Source: Lama guanicoe (lineage: Eukaryota). From it: DNA of 43,801 bases. The position numbers and the translations under genes were made by a program. Shown piece after piece: positions 35,086 to 43,801 of this stretch. Every line of letters starts with the position of its first letter. The stretch's first letter is position 1. The notes beneath the pieces were generated by a model. That model saw nothing but the letters and a program-made list of their open reading frames with translations. It did not search any database and was not told the origin of the DNA. Location: positions 4,301,922 through 4,345,722 of the forward strand of contig MU053482.1 in assembly GCA_013239625.1 (NCBI GenBank), in the 5' to 3' direction.

Positions 35086-36885
35086 GAGATCCCTCTATGA
35101 AACAGAGGCCTGTATTCAACAATTAGGTAAACTCTACCTTCACCACTAACTCATGACCTTTGACACATCACATTCTATGCCTGGGCCCAGGTTTTCCAGT
35201 TCATTCCCAAAATGCAGACTCCTTTGTGAGAGGACTTGGGTGGCAGGCCCAGGGAAAACCTCATCTGTTACTGATCCTAAAAGCTGACGAGGAAGGTGCC
35301 ATCCTGTTCCTTCTCCACTCTGAGGCCTAACGCTGGGTTCTTCTTCCCAAAGGCTTTCACAAAACAATCCCCAAGATGTTACCCCTGCAATATTCCCAGC
35401 TGTCTTCTGCCTCTGGCCCTTTGCCTAAGCTGTTCCTTCAGCTTGGAATCCCTCCCTTCACTACTCTGCTCCTGGACTGTCACTCATTTTTCAATTTCAA
35501 ATGCCTGCAGTACTATGCCCCAGGCAGTCCAGCCACTGCAGATTACAGATTAATGAGACTTCCACATAGGAGTAATATTCGAAATATTTAATAACTGGAA
35601 TAGGATGGGCACTGCCCCAGCAGAACACCCAATTGATCCAAACAGAGACTTTTCAAGACAGCCCAGATGGCCACACAAGCATGTCCAGTGACTGTCCACC
35701 TGCCTCCATCTACCATCACCCTATATCAGGGCTGTTTTACTTTGTGGCCTAATGTGGACCTAACTCACTCGTGGGCTCATCAGGAATGAAGGCAGAAGGT
35801 GATAAGCATTTCTAAGCAGCAGGATCTCATTTCCATCCGACCCCAGCCAGGGCAGATGCACTGGGGCTTCTGTGACCTTCACCCTCCTCCAGCACAAGGG
35901 CATCCTAGCAAAAGGACACCAAGGATTATGTCCTCCTCCACAGTGCCACCCTGAAGCCTGCTTTGTAGCTCCCTACAGCCCTTGGAGAGGGGGAGCCAGT
36001 GTGTTTGTTGAGAAGGAAAATGTATGTGCTGTGTGAGTTTTGTCTATCTGCTGATGTCCCAAGAGAAGCAAGCTTGCTGAGCCCCAGCCATGGCAGCTGG
36101 AAAAGCCTCATCTTTCCTCAATTGTTCAAAGACACAGGATAGAAGTGCTCTGAGAGGTGGGGCAGAGCTGGGAGGCGAGGGACAGGTGACACAATCCACA
36201 TTGGTACTGGGTGGACTTGGCACAGGGCAAGGGGAGGCCAGGGCAAGGGGCAGGCTACTCCTTCCTGGCTATTCCCTGGATTCAGAGAATTGCTGAGTCC
36301 CACTGGCTCTGACTGATGTGACAAATTCATTTTTGGTCCAGCTACAAATGGGCTCTAAACAGAGCCAGGTGCCGGTTGTGTGTAATTCCTGTCTTCCGGG
36401 GATGCCTGCCAGGATCTTCTGCTTTTCTCGGCCCCCTGTAATAACTGCTGACCTCCCTGCTACTTTGGGTCTGAACACGAGTCCAAGCAGAGCCAGGAGC
36501 AGCTGAGACCGTAGCTGACCTCCTGCCCACCCAGCTGTCCCCTCCTGATGTACACACTCCCAACCCCGCCAAAGGCCAGTCATCCAGTGCTGTACCCAGA
36601 GCAGGGCTGCAGAATGGTGCAGCTCCTTGTTAACTCAATAGGGGCTGCTCACTGGGTGCTTAGTAAAACTGTGCTCCAGCTGCCCAGCCTGGCTAGACTT
36701 GTAGGTGAAGGGGGCGGGGGTCTCCATCCAGGGGAAAATAAAAAATGCATGTGTATGTTTCATGCTCAGCAGGACAGAAGCATCCAGGCTAGTTGGAGGC
36801 ATGTGCTTATTCCCAAAGAGGATGCCACCCCCTCATATGCTGGGAGCCTCTCCGCTCTGGGACTGATCGTCCTACAGGTGAGCAG

Positions 36886-37335
36886 CCATTCATTCAACAA
36901 GCATTTACTGAAAGCCCACCCAAGCATCAGGCATCCAGGCACATGAGATGCTGAGAATAGGACCAAGTCCCTGCCCCCAAGACAGTTATGGTCTCCAGGA
37001 GGAGAAAGACAACAAATGAACAGATACATCAAGTCATCTCAGGTGGGTGTACATGCACAAAGGAAAACAGAGGCAACAGGGAAGAAGAGCAAGCCTTTCT
37101 GAGGAGGAGACCTGGACAAAGGGCCCAGTGATGTGATGAGAGGCTGCTCGGAACCAGGCATTGTGGTAAGAGGTCCTGAGGCAGGAATAAAGCTCGGAAT
37201 TTGGGAAAAAGCACAAGGCTGACAGGAACGGAGCAGAACGAGAGGCTAGAGGGAGTGGTGGGAGGCGAGGGCAGCGGGGTGAGCGGGCCAGATAGCAAAG
37301 GCCTGTGTGGGGCTGTGCTAGCATTCCTGATTATT
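36886..37335 (+). mobile_element. L2 LINE fragment, read from its 3' terminus (opposite orientation to copies marked '-')
   Basis: CATTCATTCAACAAGCATTTACTGA...CCAGGCAC...GTCCCTGCCCCCAAG...TCTGAGGAGGAGAC...AGGTCCTGAGGCAGGAA. Confidence 0.75.
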
Positions 37336-37359
37336 TGCTGCCCTCTTGGAAGAAGGTTA

Positions 37360-37670
37360 TAAGCTTCCGTCTGTTGCCCTGTGACTGGCAGTGCCATCCA
37401 GTGGGGGAGCTCTGCATCCAGCCCCACAGCAAGGGGGTTATCTCACTTGCCTGGGCCAGTGGAACTTGAGCAGAAGTGATTTATACCACTTTGAGGCGAA
37501 GCTTTAAGAGCCATTATGGTGTTCAGCCACTGCTGCTCCCTCCACCTGGATCCCAGAATGAAGAAGTCCTGTGAAGTAGGCTTAACATTCAGTGTGAATG
37601 AGAAAGACACCTTAGGGATTGAAAGCATTTGATGTTTCTATAGAAAAGCCTAGCAGAAACTCACCAGTGC
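37360..37670 (+). mobile_element. MaLR LTR (old MLT1), degraded
   Basis: CTTGCCTGGGCCAGTGGAAC..GAGCAGAAGTGA...GAAGCTTTAAGAGCCA...CCTGGATCCCAGAATGA...TGTGAATGAGAAA. Confidence 0.65.
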
Positions 37671-38269
37671 AGACTTGCAGGCCTCAGTAAAGGAGATGGA
37701 CTTCATTCTTCATCTAATGAACAGTCATTACAGGGCTTGAGAAAAGTGCCATGAACTGACTGCATTTTTAAAAGACCACCTTGGCTGCTGGATGGAGAAC
37801 AGACCCCCACTCAGCCATGCCCCTCACCCCAGTCACACAGCACGCCCACTGCCCATGCCCCATGAGGACGGGACCATCAGGGGCCTGCAAGGGGGGAGGG
37901 TCCAAGATACCCCTGAGTCATCCTATCCCCTGTGTTACTCTATATCCAAAACTGAAAGGCACTGGCCTCTCTTCAAGACCTGCTGACACACACTTCAGAA
38001 AAAAATACTCACAAGCTATACTAAGGAAGCCATGAGGGCCAGCAGAGGTGTGCTGCTTTCTAGCTCTTTACTGAGAAGTTGCATTTCATTTGTCACTATA
38101 CTAGGGGACTTTTCCAAAGTATCACAGATTCAGGCTTGAGTTATCGGTCTCCTGCTCAGTTACTCATTAGGGAAGATAAGGCCAATTCTGCCTCTGTTCC
38201 TCCATTCTTTGCAGGATCTTGGGTTTTCTTCTCCTGATTCCTGGTCGTCCTAGATGCTAATTCTGTGTG

Positions 38270-38355
38270 CACATCTCATTCCTCTTAAGCATCTTACACA
38301 GTGCCTAGTACATAGTAGGTGCTCAATTAGCATATTTTAAATGAATGAATAAATG
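38270..38355 (-). mobile_element. L2 3' terminus
   Basis: CACAGTGCCTAGTACATAGTAGGTGCTCAAT...AATGAATGAATAAATG. Confidence 0.8.
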
Positions 38356-39584
38356 CATATTCTCAAAATCCATAGGTGGAAATTAAATTCAGAAGGTAAA
38401 ATGGTTGCTAGCTCTGTTTCTGGCTGAAAAGTACATGAAAGATGGGTTTAATCAATAAATGAAAAAGGTTGTAGCTACTAAATTCCTCTCCACCTGGCAC
38501 CAGGAAAGGACACATTTACATCTCATTTCCTAAAGGTAGAACATCAAAAGACCGGAGGTCTCATGAGATGTCACTCATTCAAATGCAGACCTTCAGAAGG
38601 GCATCCATCAAGACAGTTCCAATGCCTTGCCCACATATGTGGCCAGAGAAAATGCTGAAATCTTCTGCTCTGCTCCTTCAGAAAAGCAAAAACCAAACTG
38701 GCAATTAACATGATGTCAACGTGGTGCCAGGTGTGAGCTGGACCGGGAGGGAGAGATGAAGCTGTCCAAGGCACAACCCTGTCTGCAAGGAGCATGTGAT
38801 CTCAACACCAAAAGAAGACCTGAATAAGTGGATTTGGGTTTGGGGCAAGTCAACAGCTCTCCACAAAATGAAAGCACGAGGTCACATTCAATGAAGTGGA
38901 GATGAACCAAGTTCTTGTAAGGGCATAAGAATTCAGAAAGAAATGGCACCACGAGCTGACTGGCTACAGACATTGTAAGCTTTGAAGAGTGCAGCCAGGA
39001 GGAGAGGAGAAAAGAGGACACACAGAGAGAACCAAAGAGGGGAAGTAGGAGAAGAAGTGGCCCCTGAATTCCAGGGACTTGGTTCCAAAAGGCAGGACAA
39101 GTGGCCAGAGGCAATAAAATTGAAGCAGATTGTCCTGCCAACAGTTGGGGACAGGGACAGGAAGCTCAAAGATAGACACTCTGCTGTGCCAGGAAAGGCC
39201 CGGAAGTTATGCCCAGGAAGGAAAAAAATGCCCACAAACACAAGAGGACAGCTTGCATTTTATAGTCTTAAAAAAAGGGAAATCAAAGTGAACAGGAACT
39301 GGGGAGACATCACATCATCCGTGGATGGGAAGCTGATGGGATATGCTACAAGAGAGACCGGTGCCTGTTTTCTAAGACATCTCAACTGGTCACATTCTCA
39401 CCAGTGAATGAAGTGGGCAGAGCTCCGAGGAGCACTTCTGAACACGTGGGGACAGAAACGAAAACCTTCAGTAAAACACCCAGAGAGCCGTTTGCTCCTT
39501 AACATCCCTGGGGAGCATGGAGGCAAACAAACAAAACCAATGAGCCATAGCGTGAATTATTCCTATTATCCACAAATATCTATA

Positions 39585-40692
39585 AGCGTAGACGCTCATA
39601 AAGCCCTTCTGCTGCAGACCGAAGTACGAAGGTTGGCTCTAGAAAAAGTGCTCTTATGATTGAGTTGTGAGCTGAACTAGCCACTTCTTTCCCAGAGCAC
39701 TGTTTTTACTTGAAAGAACAACTAACAGACCATAATTATTCAAAGTTGGGAATCTGGCACTCTTCTCAAAAATGAAAAAAGTGAGCTAGTTAATTCACGA
39801 AAAATAACCGATAGTATTTTTCCCAATAACAAAATCTAAGCTCTTAAACCAAAAAAAAAAAAAAATTAGAGTTTTGGAAAACTTGCATCCACCACCATGA
39901 GCTCAACAGCTTCCCAATACTTAAAAGCTTCTGGCGGTATCCATGGTACTAGTGACAAAAGTAATTTTTTTTTTACTGCATAATAAAATATTTCAACATT
40001 TAGATCTGCCTAACTCAGCGAACCTATTTCTTTCCAAAAAGAAAAGTGCAAAGTGTTATAAAATCATGCTTGTATAGAAGATACAAGCATAAAATTTCAA
40101 GACAGATCAGTGGATTTTAATGTAACAGAGTGCAAAAAAGTTTGTTGATATGGTTTCAGATTCCACGATGCAACTAGCCTCTGAAAGTCTACCACTTGTC
40201 CAGTTTTAGTAGTATCAAAGAATAATATCCACAATTATCTGAAAATGCTATTCATATACTCCTCCCTTTTCCACCTACATATCCATGTGAAGAAGAATGT
40301 TTTTCATATACTTCAACCAAGATAATATATATTGCAACAGACTGAACACAGAGCAGATATGAGAATCCAGCTTCATGTATCAAGCCAGGAATTAAAGAGA
40401 TTTGTGAAAATATAATACAACGCCACGCTTCCCAATGACGTATCTTTTGTTTTAGAAACTGCAGTTCTTTTTCATTAAAAAAAAAGTGTTATTTATGTTG
40501 ACATTTAATTGGGTTTATTATTGTCATTGGTAAATAAATTAATAAATAACTTTTGAAATTCCTTCGGTTTAAATTTCTTAATGTGGTAAATATTGATAGA
40601 TGTAACCCACATGAACAAAAGCTCTTTGGGGTCCTCAATGATTTTTAGAAGCATAAAGGAGTTCTATGATCAAACATTTGAAAATACAGCTT
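39585..40692 (+). mobile_element. Charlie1-like hAT DNA transposon, 3' half, with decayed transposase
   Basis: HKALLLQTEVRRLALEKVL (end of ORF 39408-39659) resembles the Charlie/Buster motif LLLHTEVRWLSRGKVL; ILLPFPPTYPCEEECFSY near 40255 resembles the hAT dimerisation motif LLPFxSTYLCExGFS; AAAAGCTCTTTGGGGTCCTCAAT 3' region. Confidence 0.85.
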
Positions 40693-41060
40693 TAAACTTT
40701 TGTGAGACAATAGGAAATCCTACTTGTTCAGAGTCCAGCATCCATAAGACCCATGCCTGGCCTCCTTCAAATCCCAACGATGAGATCTTCCTTATTGACA
40801 AGCAGATGCCAACAGGGACATTTTGGCTTGGGCTGTAAACAGTCAGGGCGAGGCTGATAAAATAATTTGTTTCAAGGTTGATATTTAGCTGGTACACCCT
40901 GGGCCCACCATAACAGTTATTAAAATACTGAAATAACTTCTTACCATTTGGTAAAAGGCCACTCTCTCTTACCAGCTGAGAGACAGCCCCCACCACTCAC
41001 CATCCCGGCCCCTCCCCTGGGACGCTAACCTCCCCCAAGAATCAGCAGCTAAACAGTTAC

Positions 41061-41145
41061 CGCCTGGCACAGCAGAGCGTCTCCAGCACGCTGCTCTAGC
41101 TCTATGGCTGCGGTCTGTTCTGATTGGACACTGCCCAATGTCACA
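41061..41145 (-). promoter_or_regulatory. Candidate promoter/short first exon: paired CCAAT motifs in NFI spacing, then splice donor
   Basis: TGATTGGACACTGCCCAAT at 41121-41139 (CCAAT on both strands; TTGG-N7-CCAA); minus-strand donor GCG|gtaact at 41061/41060; a few retained CpGs. Confidence 0.3.
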
Positions 41146-41924
41146 TCAGTTGTTCATATTTTTGCATCTCAACCTTCCTTGGCTCCTCCCTCAAGGGTGA
41201 GAAGACTTGGAGGCAACTTGAGACTTTAAGGGGACAACATTCCAGAGGGATGAACACTGGCTGGAAACACCACGATGCCCAGGTCACTGTGTCAGGGAGA
41301 TGGACCCTGTCAGCACCGCAGGCTTGCTTCTGAAGAGCAAGTTACACACCAAACCAGTGAGAACTGCCAGAGGAGGCTGCGGGCCCCCCAGCCCATCTGC
41401 TAGATGGGAATGAGAAGCTACCGTATCTAAGCCCAGGTCCAGGAGGACGCTTCCTGCAGCTCAGCCCAGTCTTTGAGTAGCAGCTCCAGACTCAGCTTTG
41501 TAGGACCACCCAGAGCCAAGCAGGGGAAATGTCCCAAAGTGGGGAAGGCTGGGGTTGATATTTAAAACCTACGTCCTCACAAATTCTGTTTCAGAAGTTA
41601 CATCCCTGTGGAGTAAGACTAGTCACCAACATCAAAGCCAACCTGCAACAAGGAAAATTAATGGGAAGTTTTTCCCCCTTGACTTTCCCTGGTAGATGCT
41701 CAGAATGAAAGAAGGAAAGTCCAAGGCTGGTGAAGGCAGGTGGAGCCTCACCCCCACGCTAGCCCCCAATCCTCCCATTTCAAAGACTTAAGCAAGAGAA
41801 CCTCTTCATGACCCCAAAGATTCATCTAAACCCAAAACGTAGAAATCTGAGGGGAAAGAGGGAGAGGAGGAGAAAGAAAACTCGTTCTCTCATTCACTGA
41901 GCGGCGTGTCTCCCAATACTTAAC

Positions 41925-42352
41925 TACAGTACAGGTGCTTCACACATCTGCATTTTCTTTTCTGACTTCCACACCTTGATACATATAGGTCCTTCCGCCT
42001 TGAGGCTCCCAACCCCTTCCCCAATCTTTTGCAGTTGAAATCCAACCCATCTTTCAGTAATCAGTTCAGATGCCTCTTTCTCCATGAAAACTTCCCCAAG
42101 TATATGCACACATTTGCTCAGCCAGCAGTGAGTCCACCCTCCGCTGACCTCCCATGACATATGCTTGTCAGTCCTTCTTACAGTCCTCATCACATTCTAC
42201 CCTGGGGGTGGATTACCTCTGTCCATGTCTTCATCCCTATTTTGGACTATAAATTTGTAGGCAGGGACTACATCTCCCTATTTGCATCCCTAAGGACACC
42301 TAGCATAGAATCTGGAATTTCTGTTGATTCAATCAATGAATGCATGAATGGA
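41925..42352 (-). mobile_element. L2 LINE 3' fragment
   Basis: ACCCATCTTTCA...CAGTTCAGATGCCTCTTTCTCCATGAAAACTTCCC...GGCAGGGACTAC...CACCTAGCATAG...AATGAATGCATGAATG. Confidence 0.75.
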
Positions 42353-43487
42353 TACAGGAAAGGAAAGAACAATGGTGTGACGTTATGCCTTGATTCCTGC
42401 CTGAAGAGTCAATTCTTACCTCTGCCTACTGGTTATGAATCCTCTCCCTGGATCAGGCAGATGCTAGGCTCAGTAATACCCCCTTTTCTTTGTCATTTAG
42501 CATCCTGACCAATCCCATTTTCTTCTCCCAAATTTGGTGGATGAAGCCTCGGGGATGCCTTGAAGTGCAAGGAGACTTGTCTGGGTCAGCTCTGGGCTCT
42601 GGGGACATTTGTAGTTCTGTTTTCTCCAACCAAAGAGAAATACTGCAAGCAGCCTATGCACACAGCTAAGCGGAATCCACTCTAGACTTCACACCCCAGC
42701 TTCAGGATTTATTGAGAGTGACTTGTGATTTGTGTTTCACCATTCTCCCTTTTGATGAGAACAGATGTTATCTGTCTCTAACTCCCAGACACCTGGAACT
42801 GGGGAAATTCCCACCGCCCACTCAATTACCATTGAACAAGCAGTGCCCATTGGAACACTTTACCTCCACGGCCTGTTTCTGCCCCAGCCTGAGGAAGCAG
42901 GATCCGTTTCACCACTGAGCACAGTGACTGCGGTCAAGCCTGGCAATGGTCCCCTTTATCTTGGGGAGGACTGCTTGGATGGAATCCCCATGCATGCAAT
43001 CATCTTCCCAATTGCTAGGAGAAAATAAGGGGACTCTGAAGCCTTGAATTAAGGGATGGGGTGTTTGGACCTTGCTGTTTAACCACGTGTCCCTCCCCTG
43101 AGGGCCCGATAGCAGTGGGGGAGCAGCTTGGAGGGAGAGAAGGCCTACAGTCACTTTGCAACTTCAGTCTTCTGCCACGAACCAGTGAGGAAGCAGGGCA
43201 AGAGGTGGCTAAATCCAGCTTTTTTTCCAGAAGAGAAGCACATTTATGAAACCGATGGATACTTCTTGCTCCTCTGAATAAGTAAGATCTGGAGCTCTGA
43301 AAAAGAGCAAGCCGTGCCCTTTTGCCAAAGATAGTGAACACCCACATTCCAAGAGCATCCTCGCATTGCTAAAAACGTGCCCCAAGGGAAAACACCACAC
43401 CACGGCTCCCCTTTTGCTGTTCAACAGCGTGGGAAACTGTTAGCTCCACACTTAGAAGAGCTTCAACCAAGAGAGGCATTCAGCAGT

Positions 43488-43508
43488 TTTGTTGTTGTTG
43501 TTGTTTTT
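43488..43508. repeat. (TTG)n microsatellite
   Basis: Directly visible. Confidence 0.85.
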
Positions 43509-43801
43509 AAAAAGCCCTAAACAGCTGATTTGTACAAGACTCCCAGCCTTGGTGAATGCTAATGACAGCCTGAGCCTTGCTGGGGAGAGTGGCACAGTTT
43601 GTACACAGTTTGTCCATCAACCCCAGCACAGCCGCTGAGCACCACATAAGCGAGGACCTTCAAAGGCTTGATCCTGAGTCAGAAACTCACAAAGATTCCC
43701 AGAAACATACTCTTGGATCCACAGCCCAAAAATTTCATGGCAGCCACAGAGAGGGCACCACATATTTCAGAAAACTGATGTGCCCAGGAATGCAGAGACC
43801 A

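Noticed and set aside
7379..37715. Other minus-strand exon-like segments (~7379-7452, 15602-15661, ~21426-21491, ~27381-27421, ~37665-37713)
   Set aside because: Plausible splice pairs but no coding bias or recognisable peptide, and one donor overlaps an MLT1 LTR end; such pseudo-exons are common in introns.
1..43801. CRISPR arrays, operons, tRNA/rRNA genes, CpG island
   Set aside because: None seen; the sequence is CpG-depleted mammalian intronic/intergenic DNA without regularly spaced repeats.

Overview
Eutherian mammal genomic DNA, probably a cetartiodactyl (whale/hippo/camelid-type L1 3' ends; no Alu, rodent B1/B2, Bov-A/BovB or PRE-1 seen). It is dense in ancient interspersed repeats: MIR, L2, MaLR MLT1 LTRs, an ERV1-type LTR, hAT-Charlie elements (MER3, MER5A, MER58A, a Charlie1-like transposase remnant), and two younger 5'-truncated L1 insertions with target-site duplications. 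There is one 132-N assembly gap. No long intact ORF, CpG island, RNA gene or prokaryotic-type system is visible; nearly all ORF-track entries are noise or repeat-derived. The main non-repeat signal is the 3' end of a minus-strand spliced gene I could not identify: a terminal exon (acceptor at 5617, AATAAA at 5136-5141, U/GU-rich downstream element) and a 34-nt exon (13540-13573) with strong splice sites and downstream RBFOX/QKI-type motifs, suggesting a frame-switching cassette exon that would give alternative C-termini. The window above 5.6 kb is then probably intronic, with several candidate enhancer-like motif clusters. Repeat family names and most repeat boundaries are by-eye assignments. 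I found no evidence of a new biological system beyond these candidates.
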